Assembly: GCA_903867305.1 (NCBI GenBank)
Contig: CAIPQU010000012.1
Coordinates: 5,377-69,376, forward strand
Direction: 5' to 3'
DNA length: 64,000 bases
Origin: an uncultured beta proteobacterium
Lineage (GTDB): Bacteria > Pseudomonadota > Gammaproteobacteria > Burkholderiales > Burkholderiaceae
This document shows, one piece after another, positions 39,852 through 49,985 of this stretch. The notes beneath the pieces were generated by a model. The model had not been told where the DNA came from. It searched no databases and was given only the letters and a program-made list of their open reading frames with translations. Both the position numbers and the translations under genes were made by a program. Position 1 is the stretch's first letter. Each line of letters begins with the position of its first letter.

Positions 39852-40756
39852 ATATTTCTCTAACTGATCAAGAGCGCACACTTGTCGACGAACTGCGACA
39901 TCGGTATGCAGATCTCCAGATTGAACAAAGAGATTTTCAAGAAAAATTCACCTTTCTAGAAAATGCGTCCGTCTATAAAATTGTCAAACTCGCGTGTTGG
40001 CATCTTGGATTTGTCAATCAAGATGCAGAACTGATTGCTCAAGCTTGGTTGAAAAAATCGCCTAAACTAGCAGATTTCAATCTTCAAGCATGGCCCATCG
40101 AATTATCAGAATTTTCACCTCAAATATCGAATGAACCTGCCTTTTTAAGCTGCCCGAAACAATTAGGTCTGTATGTTGTTGTACCCAATGCCCAGTGGAT
40201 CAGAAAATTGGCCCCAACGGGTGTTGATACCTTACAACTTCGATTTAAATCGGATGATCCACAACTGATTGAACAAGAAGTCATCGCAGCGATTGAGTAT
40301 GCAAAAAATTTTCCGTGCCATTTGTTTATTAACGATCACTGGCAACTAGCGATCAAACACAAAGCCTATGGTGTTCATCTTGGACAGGAGGATTTGGACG
40401 AGGCGAACTTTCAGGAGATCCAACAAGCGGGTCTGCGATTGGGAATCAGCTCACATGGATATGCTGAAATGCTCCGCGCCCTTGCTTATCACCCAAGCTA
40501 TATTGCCATGGGTGCGATCTTTCCAACGACGTTAAAAGATATGGAAACTGCTCCTCAAGGTTTGGGACGTTTAAAAAAATATGCTGCATTACTAAAAGAA
40601 TATTCGACTGTTGGTATTGGTGGTATCGATCAACACTCAATCAAAGATGTTCTTGCAACAGGCGTAGGTTCTGCAGCTGTAGTTCGCGCAGTCACCCAAG
40701 AAGTCGACTATGTTAAAGCGATAAAAGTATTAAAAAATTACTTTTCGTCGAACTGA
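39836..40756 (+). CDS. thiE: Thiamine-phosphate synthase with N-terminal extension
   Basis: QLRFK, INDHW, GVHLGQED and GAIFPTTLK motifs, preceded by about 110 extra N-terminal residues. Confidence 0.92.
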   Translation: MASILDISLTDQERTLVDELRHRYADLQIEQRDFQEKFTFLENASVYKIVKLACWHLGFVNQDAELIAQAWLKKSPKLADFNLQAWPIELSEFSPQISNEPAFLSCPKQLGLYVVVPNAQWIRKLAPTGVDTLQLRFKSDDPQLIEQEVIAAIEYAKNFPCHLFINDHWQLAIKHKAYGVHLGQEDLDEANFQEIQQAGLRLGISSHGYAEMLRALAYHPSYIAMGAIFPTTLKDMETAPQGLGRLKKYAALLKEYSTVGIGGIDQHSIKDVLATGVGSAAVVRAVTQEVDYVKAIKVLKNYFSSN

Positions 40757-41574
40757 GGATACTGCTCATAAGCATGCCATAAAGGCCCAGCACCTTGAGC
40801 AATTTTTAATTGACTACCATGCAAGAGCGCCTGTTGAACATAATCAATACCAACTAAAATGGAGTCAGTTAAAGGCAGGCCAGATCCTAAACCACACGCA
40901 ATTGCCGCAGACAAAGTACAACCAGTGCCATGAGAGTTTTTCGTCTGAATCTTTAGATGTTGATATTCTTTTAATACAACTTGACCATCTTCTTCAAAAG
41001 CCAAAAGATCGGTCAGCTCATCATTTTGCTCTAAATGCCCGCCCTTCAATAAAACAGCAACAGGCCCCATTTTTAATAACTCCGCTGCAGCTTCTTTCAT
41101 ATGCTGCAGCGTTTTTACTTCTCTTCCTAAAAAGATACTTGCTTCATACAAATTCGGTGTAATGAGAGTAGCTAAGGGAAATAGGTGTTTAGCAATCGCA
41201 TTCGCGGTTCCTTTATCTCCTAAAGTAGCGCCAGAGGTGGCAACAAGCACTGGATCCACAACAACGTTTTGCAGAAAATATTTTTGAATTGCCCCTGCTA
41301 CACACTGCACCATGTCCTCACTGCCGAGCATACCTACTTTTACTGACTGAACTCCAAAATCTGCAACTACGGCATGAATTTGAGTATCCACCGATTGAGT
41401 GCTTACGCCTTCAATCCAATGAACACCTAAAGAATTTTGGGATGTTACAGAGGTAATAGCCGTCATACCATAACAACCAAAGGCAGCAATCGTTTTCAGA
41501 TCAGCCTGAATACCAGCTCCTCCACCGCTATCGGAGCCTGCTATAGAGAGTACGTGAGGAATTCGCTGAGGCAT
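40738..41574 (-). CDS. thiD: Hydroxymethylpyrimidine/phosphomethylpyrimidine kinase
   Basis: IAGSDSGGGAGIQADLK, VKVGML, TPN and HGTGCTLS motifs. Confidence 0.97.
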   Translation of the reverse strand: MPQRIPHVLSIAGSDSGGGAGIQADLKTIAAFGCYGMTAITSVTSQNSLGVHWIEGVSTQSVDTQIHAVVADFGVQSVKVGMLGSEDMVQCVAGAIQKYFLQNVVVDPVLVATSGATLGDKGTANAIAKHLFPLATLITPNLYEASIFLGREVKTLQHMKEAAAELLKMGPVAVLLKGGHLEQNDELTDLLAFEEDGQVVLKEYQHLKIQTKNSHGTGCTLSAAIACGLGSGLPLTDSILVGIDYVQQALLHGSQLKIAQGAGPLWHAYEQYPQFDEK

Positions 41575-41616
41575 AATAATCCTTACTAAAGTTATATAAA
41601 GCCCGATACCTTTACA

Positions 41617-42645
41617 ATGATTCTAAAACCAATGTTGCAGAGGATAAAGATGTATATGTCATATTTTAGTCAAAAACGCAAAATCGTAAAGTCAGCTCTA
41701 AGTTTAGCCTTAGCGTTTGTCTGTTATTTCAGCTTTGCCCAAGAGAAATGGCCAAGTCACCCAATTACAATGGTCGTACCCTTTCCACCTGGCGGTGTTG
41801 CCGATACAGTAGGACGCCCCGTCGCAGAAGCGCTTAGTCGTCAATTAGGACAACCCGTCATTATTGAAAATCGTGCAGGTGCAGGCGGTGGTGTTGGTAT
41901 GGCATATGCTGCTAAAGCAAAACCCGACGGATATACCATTTTGATGACGCTTTCTTCAATTTCGATCATTCCAGAAGCTGACAAGATTTTAGGTAAAGAA
42001 GTCTCTTATCAAATTAACCAATTTAAGCCGATCGCACGTTTTACGGCAGATCCAACCGTACTGGTCGTAAGAGCTGATAGCCCATGGAAAAACTATGATC
42101 AGTTTTTAGCCGATATGAAAAAGAATCCTGGTAAATATAACTTTGGTTCTTCGGGGAATTATGGAACGATGCACATTCCAATGGAAATGATCAAACTGAA
42201 TGATCAGTTTGAAATGAAGCATATTCCGTATACGGGAGCTGGCCCTGCCATTATTGGACTGCTAGGTAATCAAGTGGATGCGATTGCGACAGGTCCAGCT
42301 TCGATTGTTCAGCAAATTAAGGCCGGTAAAGTTCGTGCTCTCGCCCATTGGGGGGATGCTCGTTTAGCGAGCATGCCCGAAATTCAGAGTTTTAAAGAAA
42401 TGGGTAAAAAAATTGAATTCGCGCAGTGGTCAGGACTCTTTGTTCCTGCGGGAGTTCCTAACGATGTGATTGAAAAGTTAAGAGAAGTCGCCAAACTTGC
42501 TGCGAATGATGAAAAAGTAAAAACAGTTCTTGAAGGTTCCGGCTCACCGATACAGTATCTAGATGCTCCAGCATTTCAAAGCTATTGGAATTCGGATGCC
42601 AAAAAGATGGAAGAAATTGTGAAAAAAATTGGTAAGGTTGAATAA
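41617..42645 (+). CDS. Bug/TctC substrate-binding protein
   Basis: WPSHPITMVVPFPPGG, ENRAGAG and HIPYTG motifs; the true start may be slightly downstream. Confidence 0.92.
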   Translation: MILKPMLQRIKMYMSYFSQKRKIVKSALSLALAFVCYFSFAQEKWPSHPITMVVPFPPGGVADTVGRPVAEALSRQLGQPVIIENRAGAGGGVGMAYAAKAKPDGYTILMTLSSISIIPEADKILGKEVSYQINQFKPIARFTADPTVLVVRADSPWKNYDQFLADMKKNPGKYNFGSSGNYGTMHIPMEMIKLNDQFEMKHIPYTGAGPAIIGLLGNQVDAIATGPASIVQQIKAGKVRALAHWGDARLASMPEIQSFKEMGKKIEFAQWSGLFVPAGVPNDVIEKLREVAKLAANDEKVKTVLEGSGSPIQYLDAPAFQSYWNSDAKKMEEIVKKIGKVE

Positions 42646-42650
42646 GCTCA

Positions 42651-44147
42651 ATGTCATCTCCATTAGAGGCATTACTACTTCATCCAGACTTCCTTGCCTT
42701 AGGCGAGGATTTTTATACCCATTTACAACCGACTCCTCTGAATAATCCTTCTTGGGTAGCAGTCTCATCGGAACTTGCCAATACGTTAGGATTAAATACT
42801 TCCTTCATCAAGGATGACGAGTCACTCAACATTCTGAGCGGTAATGTAACTCCCTCTTCATTGAAACCCTATGCTGCAGTGTATTCAGGGCATCAATTTG
42901 GCGTTTGGGCCGGTCAACTGGGTGATGGTAGAGCGATTACCTTGGGTCAAATTCAAGGACAAGATCAATCTTGGGAAATCCAACTCAAAGGCGCTGGACT
43001 CACTCCATATTCAAGGATGGGTGATGGTAGAGCCGTGCTTCGTTCTTCCATCCGCGAGTTTTTATGTTCAGAGGCTATGCATGGCCTGGGTATTCCAACA
43101 ACCCGTGCTTTAGCAATCACACAGTCACCTAACCGAGTCATCCGTGAAAGCGTTGAAAACGCCGCAGTCGTTACACGTGTTGCACCAAGCTTTATTCGTT
43201 TTGGTCACTTTGAACACTTTGCCTCGAATGGTCTTCATGCTCAGTTGAAAGAATTAACTGATTTTGTGATTCAACGCTTTTATCCTGATTCTCTTGAGCA
43301 AGATAAACCTTACCTCCATTTTTTTGAGATGGTCTTAAAACGATCAGCCAAACTAGTTGCACAGTGGCAATCTGTCGGCTTTTGTCATGGCGTTTTAAAT
43401 ACTGACAATATGTCCATCTTGGGACTAAGTTTGGATTATGGTCCGTTTGGCTTTATGGATAAATTTGCGCTCAATCATATCTGTAACCATACTGACTCCC
43501 AGGGACGTTACTCCTTTGCCAATCAACCGCAAGTTTTTTATTGGAATTTACTTTGTCTTGCTCAAGCACTCATACCACTAATGGCAATCGATGATAGTGA
43601 TGAAGCTATGGAAAAGGCGGTTGAGGAGATTAAACCAGTTCTGACTAGCTTTTCTTCTATCTATCTCAAAGAGTATCAAGAATTAATGTCACATAAACTC
43701 GGCTTTCAGGGAGATGTTTCAGGAAACTCTCTGCAGATCATTCAAGCAGTGATTCAACTATTGGATAACAATGCCATGGACTATACGTACTTCTTTAGAA
43801 ACTTAAGTCGCTTGGTGAAAGATCCTCATCAATCCTTGTTAAGGGATCATTTTGTCGACACCAGTGCCTTTGATACTTGGATGACATCCTATTTAAACCA
43901 TCTGCAAGTATTGGGACTTGATCAAGAGTCCACGATAGATAAAATGAATCAAGTGAATCCCAAATATATTTTGCGCCAACATTTAGCGCAAATGGCTATT
44001 GCGGAGTCACAAGCAGGTCAGCACGCGATGGTTGAAAGACTTCTACAATGTCTTACACAGCCTTTTGCTGAACAGCCTGAATTTGAAGATTACGCAGCAC
44101 TTCCTCCTGATTGGGCAAGTCATCTTGAAGTCTCTTGCTCCTCATAA
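42651..44147 (+). CDS. selO: Protein adenylyltransferase SelO (YdiU)
   Basis: YSGHQFG..GQLGDGRA, QLKGAG.TPYSR.GDGRAVLRSSIRE, HGVLNTDN and C-terminal SCSS. Confidence 0.97.
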   Translation: MSSPLEALLLHPDFLALGEDFYTHLQPTPLNNPSWVAVSSELANTLGLNTSFIKDDESLNILSGNVTPSSLKPYAAVYSGHQFGVWAGQLGDGRAITLGQIQGQDQSWEIQLKGAGLTPYSRMGDGRAVLRSSIREFLCSEAMHGLGIPTTRALAITQSPNRVIRESVENAAVVTRVAPSFIRFGHFEHFASNGLHAQLKELTDFVIQRFYPDSLEQDKPYLHFFEMVLKRSAKLVAQWQSVGFCHGVLNTDNMSILGLSLDYGPFGFMDKFALNHICNHTDSQGRYSFANQPQVFYWNLLCLAQALIPLMAIDDSDEAMEKAVEEIKPVLTSFSSIYLKEYQELMSHKLGFQGDVSGNSLQIIQAVIQLLDNNAMDYTYFFRNLSRLVKDPHQSLLRDHFVDTSAFDTWMTSYLNHLQVLGLDQESTIDKMNQVNPKYILRQHLAQMAIAESQAGQHAMVERLLQCLTQPFAEQPEFEDYAALPPDWASHLEVSCSS

Positions 44148-44150
44148 ATC

Positions 44151-44666
44151 ATGACATCAAACCATAACGAAGAATTAGAAGAAGACTTTGGTCCGAGCAA
44201 ATCGGAAATCAAGCGTAAAATGCTGGCTCGTCAAGATTTAGCCAAAACACTTTCCGAATTAAGTAGTGATGCAATTAAGTCATTACCTGTTGATGACAAT
44301 TTGAAAGAAAAACTACTACAAACCGAGAAAATTAAAACCTTTGGAGCAATCAAGAGACATACGCTCTATTTAGGCAAATTAATGCGTGGTTATGATGATG
44401 ATGAAATCGCTGCCATCCAAGAGCGTTTAGATGCCTTGCAGGGAGTGAATAAAGCTGAAATCGCAAAGATGCACTTTTTAGAACGTCTGCGAGATGAACT
44501 GTTGGCCCAAGATGCCAGACTGACACAATTCATTGCAGAACATCCAGGCATTGATGTTCAAGAACTACGAACCCTGATTCGTAATGCACGGCGCGAAAAA
44601 GAACTCAACAAACCTCCCAAATCCTTTCGAGAAATTTTTCAATTACTCAAATCCTTGAATTTATAA
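44151..44666 (+). CDS. yjgA: Ribosome biogenesis factor YjgA (DarP)
   Basis: PSKSEIKR, LGKLMR and QELRTLIRNARRE..KPPKSFREIFQ motifs. Confidence 0.92.
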   Translation: MTSNHNEELEEDFGPSKSEIKRKMLARQDLAKTLSELSSDAIKSLPVDDNLKEKLLQTEKIKTFGAIKRHTLYLGKLMRGYDDDEIAAIQERLDALQGVNKAEIAKMHFLERLRDELLAQDARLTQFIAEHPGIDVQELRTLIRNARREKELNKPPKSFREIFQLLKSLNL

Positions 44667-45080
44667 AGCCCCAAAATATATATCGTTATCTTTGATCGTA
44701 ATGGGTAGTGATATGAGTTTTGCACCCTTGGGGCAAGGGCCTTGGATACAACGCCCCGTCTGCGGTTCATATACAGCGTAATGTGTTGCACAGACTAAAT
44801 ATTTTTGTTCTTGATCAAAAATTTGACCAGGATTCCAGTCAAGTTGCATGGCGACATGTGCACAGCGGTTCAGGTAAGCAAAATACTGATTCTCAAATTG
44901 AATCATAAAGGCCGGCAAATGATCATCAGGATCAGCATTCATTCCTGGAAAAGCGACAAGATCTCCACATAAAACATCAAACCGAAAAGCTCTCCCTCCT
45001 GATTGCAAATCAGATATTGAACAAATCATTTGCCCTTTGCGCACAAAAGGATCGGAAGAAGGTAAGCCAGTGCTCATCAA
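44661..45080 (-). CDS. Rieske [2Fe-2S] ferredoxin
   Basis: NRCAH and VCATH ligand boxes. Confidence 0.9.
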   Translation of the reverse strand: MMSTGLPSSDPFVRKGQMICSISDLQSGGRAFRFDVLCGDLVAFPGMNADPDDHLPAFMIQFENQYFAYLNRCAHVAMQLDWNPGQIFDQEQKYLVCATHYAVYEPQTGRCIQGPCPKGAKLISLPITIKDNDIYFGAL

Positions 45081-45131
45081 TTAGATTTAAAATACACAAA
45101 GAAATAATTTATCAACTTAACAAGACAACTT

Positions 45132-45680
45132 ATGACAAAACAAATTATCCCCTATCTCCCGATCGATCTTAAAGAACCTAAAGAAATTGTTGATGCTGTT
45201 CGTCAGCGTCGTGGTGGAACCTTACTCAATCTTGATCGGATGTTGCTCAATAGCCCACATCTGACACGTGGATGGAATGCTTTATTAAAAGAAGTTCGTG
45301 AAAACCTCTCATTAGATGCCCGTTATAAAGAAATTGGTATGTGCGGCGTCGCGATCCTGAACCGTGCAGAATACGAATTTTTTCACCATGCCCCAGAATT
45401 ACTCAAAGCAGGAGGAACTCAAGCTCAGGTGGATGAACTTAGAAAAATCGGTACCGATGCTTTTAATGCCTCCGTTTTTAGTGATGTCGAAAAAGACGTT
45501 GTTGCCTTAACACTCGCAATGACTCGAGATATTGAAGTCCCCACTGATGTCATGGAGCGTGTCGTAAAAGCTCTCGGTAATCAAGCGACAGTAGAAATGA
45601 TCGCCGTAATTGCTACTTACAATATGGTTTCACGGTTTTTAATTGCCACTGGTATTCAACCAGAAAATACAAACCACTAG
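45132..45680 (+). CDS. Carboxymuconolactone decarboxylase (CMD/AhpD-like) family protein
   Basis: RMLLNSP, YEFFHH and IATYNMVSRFL motifs. Confidence 0.85.
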   Translation: MTKQIIPYLPIDLKEPKEIVDAVRQRRGGTLLNLDRMLLNSPHLTRGWNALLKEVRENLSLDARYKEIGMCGVAILNRAEYEFFHHAPELLKAGGTQAQVDELRKIGTDAFNASVFSDVEKDVVALTLAMTRDIEVPTDVMERVVKALGNQATVEMIAVIATYNMVSRFLIATGIQPENTNH

Positions 45681-45691
45681 AATGTCACTCC

Positions 45692-46870
45692 TTGTATAAA
45701 GTTCAGTTGTACTCTGCTATACAAGACATTTCAAGCCAGGCTTGGAATCAGCTGTTAACACATGCTGATTCCTCTCCCTTTATTCGCCATGAATACCTTC
45801 TGGCGATGGAGCAAAGTGAAAGTGCCACGCCAAAATCCGGATGGACACCTTGTCACTTTACAGTTTGGGATGATCGTCAAGAACAACTATTAGCAGCGAT
45901 GCCCTACTATTTGAAAACCCATTCTTATGGCGAATACGTTTTCGATTGGGCTTGGGCAAATGCCTATAAAGAACACGGTTTATCCTACTACCCAAAAATG
46001 CTGTGTGCGATTCCTTTTACTCCCGTTGGTGGTACTAGAATATTGGGTAATGACCCGAAGGCTAAAGAAATGATCCTTCTCGCTGCGCAACAATTTGCGA
46101 GTGATCAGAAATTTTCTAGTATCCATGTGTTATTCCCCATGGATGAGGATGAAAGCCTGCTTAAAAAATTGGGGTTTATGCGCCGTGAATCTGTTCAGTT
46201 TCATTGGCAAAATGAATCCTTAGAGCGTCCTGGAGAGTATTTACAGTCTTTTGATGAGTTCTTATATACCCTCAATAAAAAACGACGGAATAACATCATT
46301 CGTGAAAGGAACTCCGTCAAAGATGCTGGTGTTAGCTTTGAACATGTTCCCGGAGAAATGATGACAGAAGCTGACTGGGATTGTTTTTATGAATGTTATG
46401 CTACCAATTACTTTAATCATGGTAACGCCCCCTATTTACAAAGGTCGTTCTTCTCGCTCATTGGACAATCGATGGGAAATTATCTTCACATCATTTTTGC
46501 TCAGCACTTAGGTAAAAGAATAGCAACGTCTTTGATCTTTAGAAATCGAAGTCAAAACATGAACGAACGGGCGTACGGGAGATATTGGGGAAGTACCCAG
46601 TATGTAAATAACTTACATTTTGAAACGGCTTACTATCAAAATATCGAATTTTGTATTGATCAAAAAATTAAAGTTTTCGAAGGTGGTGCACAAGGAGAAC
46701 ATAAAATTCATCGTGGACTTTTGCCAGTGAATTTATATTCCATGCATTATTTATTAGACGATCGCTTCAATGAAGCTGTTAATCAGTTCTTAAAAAGAGA
46801 GGGGCAATCGATGGTCCAGTACATTAATGAACTGGAAGATCATCGCCCCATCAAACAGCACAGTCATTAA
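45692..46870 (+). CDS. GNAT-fold DUF482 (FemAB-like) protein
   Basis: KTHSYGEYVFDWAWA, PFTPVGG, GRYWG and EGGAQGEHK..RG motifs. Confidence 0.9.
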   Translation: MYKVQLYSAIQDISSQAWNQLLTHADSSPFIRHEYLLAMEQSESATPKSGWTPCHFTVWDDRQEQLLAAMPYYLKTHSYGEYVFDWAWANAYKEHGLSYYPKMLCAIPFTPVGGTRILGNDPKAKEMILLAAQQFASDQKFSSIHVLFPMDEDESLLKKLGFMRRESVQFHWQNESLERPGEYLQSFDEFLYTLNKKRRNNIIRERNSVKDAGVSFEHVPGEMMTEADWDCFYECYATNYFNHGNAPYLQRSFFSLIGQSMGNYLHIIFAQHLGKRIATSLIFRNRSQNMNERAYGRYWGSTQYVNNLHFETAYYQNIEFCIDQKIKVFEGGAQGEHKIHRGLLPVNLYSMHYLLDDRFNEAVNQFLKREGQSMVQYINELEDHRPIKQHSH

Positions 46871-47022
46871 TCTTTATGGCCGTTCAGGGATAAATATTCA
46901 AACATCAACTTTTCAACTTCATACAATGACGTTGGTCTTTGACTATTGATAAAGGCTTCACATGGACTCTTGCTACCAAATTGATCAAATACATTGGAAA
47001 TCAGGTGAATAAATTTACTCAT
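46867..47022 (-). CDS. Small 51-aa protein, below the ORF-track cutoff
   Basis: MSKFIHLISNVFDQFGSKSPCEAFINSQRPTSLYEVEKLMFEYLSLNGHKD; AGGAG RBS 6 nt upstream; its stop overlaps the convergent GNAT stop (ttaa). Confidence 0.7.
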   Translation of the reverse strand: MSKFIHLISNVFDQFGSKSPCEAFINSQRPTSLYEVEKLMFEYLSLNGHKD

Positions 47023-47136
47023 GGCTCACTCCTATTAGGGTTTATACCTAAGTATTATTACCCATAAATGGAAAATTTGCTGAGCGCCTAAATATCTAGG
47101 GAAATGATGCCAAGAGAAGAAGCATAAGCTTTTGAT

Positions 47137-47724
47137 TTATTTATAGTTTTTGTATAAACGGCTACTTTTTGGCAAGTTAGCCGCTAAAAATTCCATCTGA
47201 TCTGTGAGAATATTTCTACCTTTGAGAATCATATCTTCATACAAACTCGGGATATAAGGTGCATAAATCAAGGACATACCTGCTCTTTCGGGCGAGCGAT
47301 TCCCTTTTTTCTGGTTGCATTCACGACAAGAAATAACAAGATTCATCCAAGAGTAACCGCCACCATGACTAGCAGGGGTAATATGCTCAGCCTCTGCCTC
47401 GATTTCCGTAATTTTGGATGCACAATATGCACAAACACCTTGATCCCGACGATACAGCTTGGTTTTGGTAATCGCAGGAGTAACTTCAAACAAATTAATT
47501 CTAGAGGAGCCCCTAGTAGCAATAATCGAGTGGAGTTCGATGATGGATTGTTGGCCAGATTGACGAGAAATTCCTCCCCGCATGACCGCAATTGGTTTAC
47601 CTAATGTCCAAGCAACACTTCCTTCTGCGTAGTGCTTGGTGGCTTCCTCAGCATTCACCCAACTTTGAGGGATACCACCAACGTCTAGCTTCAATATATG
47701 GAGCACGTTTTCCTCAGTTTTCAT
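47137..47724 (-). CDS. HNH endonuclease (McrA-like, Zn-finger type)
   Basis: RDQGVCAYC, EHITP.S.GG..W.NLVISCRECNQKKGN motifs. Confidence 0.9.
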   Translation of the reverse strand: MKTEENVLHILKLDVGGIPQSWVNAEEATKHYAEGSVAWTLGKPIAVMRGGISRQSGQQSIIELHSIIATRGSSRINLFEVTPAITKTKLYRRDQGVCAYCASKITEIEAEAEHITPASHGGGYSWMNLVISCRECNQKKGNRSPERAGMSLIYAPYIPSLYEDMILKGRNILTDQMEFLAANLPKSSRLYKNYK

Positions 47725-47810
47725 TCACATTTTGAATTCAACCACTATTACATATTAACCACTTATTGTTAAAAATGCATAAAAGAATTTAAAGTGTGGC
47801 AAGAAAACCA

Positions 47811-48935
47811 TCAACGACCGCCGATTTTTAATTCCTTAAAGACGTGTTGATGTTCACGTGGTAAGCAACGCCAATACTGTGCAACCGCCTCCACCTGTCC
47901 GCCAAGGGCTGCAGCTGCTTCCCAACCCCAACGCGGTTTATACAAAAAGGCTCTAGCAAAAGCAATTAAATCTGCTTCTTGATTTTCTAAAATCGCTTCT
48001 GCCTGGTGCGGTTCTGTGATCATGCCTACTGTAATGGTCGGCAGACCAGTTTGGGCTTTAACAATTTTTGCGAATGGCACTTGATAATTAGGGCCAACTG
48101 CAATTTTTTGATTCGAAGCTACCCCTCCGCTTGATACATGAATAAAGGAAATTTGATGCTCTTTTAAGCGATTGGCAAAAACGACTGTCTCGTCAGGTGT
48201 AAAGCCACCTTCAACCCAATCTGATGCAGAAACACGAATGCCTAAAACACCATCATAAACAGCTCTTACAGCAGCAAATACTTCGATGGGGAAACGCATA
48301 CGATTCTCTAAAGAACCACCATACTCGTCAGTGCGATGGTTTGCAATGGGGGATAAAAACTGATGTAACAAGTATCCATGAGCACCGTGTAATTCGATAA
48401 AATCAACGCCTGCTCGGTGCGCTCTTTGGGCTGCGGTTGCAAAGGCTTGTTTAATTTCTTCCAGTCCAGCTTTATCGAGGGCAACTGGGGGATGCTCATG
48501 AGGCAAATGTGGCACATTAGACGGCCCAACCGTTTGCCAACCTTCACCCTCATTCGGCGGAATCGATGCGCCACTTTCAGAGGGTATATGACTAGAAGCT
48601 TTACGGCCCGCATGCGCTAACTGAATCCCAACAATGGTTTTAGGGGCAATGGCTCGCGCCCTTTTTAAATGATCAGTAATCGCAGCTTCACAAGCATCAT
48701 TCCAAATACCTAAGCAACGCGGAGTAATCCGGCCAGTTTTGGTCACACCACTAGCTTCAATAATGAAGGCTGCGGCCCCACTATTCATTAAGTTTGCCCA
48801 GTGCATCAGGTGCCAGTCGTTAGCTACTCCATCAATCGCTGAATATTGGCACATGGGTGCTACAACCATCCGATTTGGTAAAGTAATCCCACCGTTAGGG
48901 GCTGGCAAATGAAATTCTGAGAATAAATGGCTCAT
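47811..48935 (-). CDS. NADH:flavin oxidoreductase (Old Yellow Enzyme family)
   Basis: NRMVVAPMCQYSA, QLAHAGRKAS, HGAHGYLLHQFLSP and RTDEYGGS motifs. Confidence 0.95.
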   Translation of the reverse strand: MSHLFSEFHLPAPNGGITLPNRMVVAPMCQYSAIDGVANDWHLMHWANLMNSGAAAFIIEASGVTKTGRITPRCLGIWNDACEAAITDHLKRARAIAPKTIVGIQLAHAGRKASSHIPSESGASIPPNEGEGWQTVGPSNVPHLPHEHPPVALDKAGLEEIKQAFATAAQRAHRAGVDFIELHGAHGYLLHQFLSPIANHRTDEYGGSLENRMRFPIEVFAAVRAVYDGVLGIRVSASDWVEGGFTPDETVVFANRLKEHQISFIHVSSGGVASNQKIAVGPNYQVPFAKIVKAQTGLPTITVGMITEPHQAEAILENQEADLIAFARAFLYKPRWGWEAAAALGGQVEAVAQYWRCLPREHQHVFKELKIGGR

Positions 48936-49028
48936 ATCGATCTAAAAAGTGATGGTGAAGATAGTTATTGTATAACTTTGAGAGAAAACACTAATGCAAT
49001 TGTCGCCCAAAACATTTAGAATCAAATC

Positions 49029-49985
49029 ATGAAACTACACCTACCCAAAATTCTATCCTCAGAAATAACTCCTCAAGCCGTTTTCGAAAAACGTCGCGAG
49101 TTGATGAAAGTTGCTGCCAGCGGAGCTCTGGGGTTAGAGATGAGTTCTTGGTTCGGGCGTGATGTATTTGCTGCCAGCAAATTACAAGTGAAACCAAATC
49201 CAGCATACACCTTGATGGAAAAAGCAACTTCTCTCAAAGACATCACCAGCTATAACAATTTCTATGAATTTGGAACTGATAAAGCAGATCCTATTGCTTA
49301 TGCATCTTCCTTGGTAACGAGTCCTTGGAAAGTCAGCATTGAAGGCCTCGTTGGCAAACCGAAAGTATTTGATATTGATGACCTACGTAAATTAGTGCCT
49401 CTCGAGGAGCGCGTCTACCGTATGCGTTGTGTCGAAGGTTGGTCGATGGTGATTCCTTGGGTTGGTTACTCACTCAGTAACTTACTCAAACTCGTTGATC
49501 CTCTGAGCTCAGCAAAATATGTTGAATTTGTCTCACTTGCAGATAAAAAACAAATGCGTGGCTTGAATAATGGCGTTCTCGACTGGCCCTATGTGGAAGG
49601 ACTTCGTTTAGATGAGGCAAATCACCCTCTCACGCTATTAACTTTAGGACTTTATGGTGACGTTCTGCCCAATCAAAGCGGTGCGCCTGTGAGAGTCGTC
49701 ATTCCATGGAAATACGGATTTAAAAGTGGTAAGTCCATTGTGAAGATCCGTCTTGTCGAAAAACAACCCGCAACGAGTTGGAATGTTGCGAATGCTTCTG
49801 AATACGGCTTTTACTCAAACGTCAATCCTGAAGTCGATCATCCACGCTGGTCACAGGCTAGTGAACGAAGAATCGGTGACGAAAAAGGTTTCTTCGCTCC
49901 AAAAATTAAAACATTGAAATTTAATGGTTATGGCGATCAAGTCGCCTCTCTCTATGCCGGCATGGACCTTACCAAGTTTTATTAA
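49029..49985 (+). CDS. msrP: Protein-methionine-sulfoxide reductase catalytic subunit
   Basis: Tat signal [29 protein letters not shown] and GFYSNVNP motifs. Confidence 0.97.
   Translation: MKLHLPKILSSEITPQAVFEKRRELMKVAASGALGLEMSSWFGRDVFAASKLQVKPNPAYTLMEKATSLKDITSYNNFYEFGTDKADPIAYASSLVTSPWKVSIEGLVGKPKVFDIDDLRKLVPLEERVYRMRCVEGWSMVIPWVGYSLSNLLKLVDPLSSAKYVEFVSLADKKQMRGLNNGVLDWPYVEGLRLDEANHPLTLLTLGLYGDVLPNQSGAPVRVVIPWKYGFKSGKSIVKIRLVEKQPATSWNVANASEYGFYSNVNPEVDHPRWSQASERRIGDEKGFFAPKIKTLKFNGYGDQVASLYAGMDLTKFY

Noticed and set aside
49924-49985. Possible frameshift or programmed overlap at the msrP/msrQ junction
   Set aside because: An in-frame ATG at 49954 gives an intact MsrQ with a 32-nt overlap, which is ordinary compaction.
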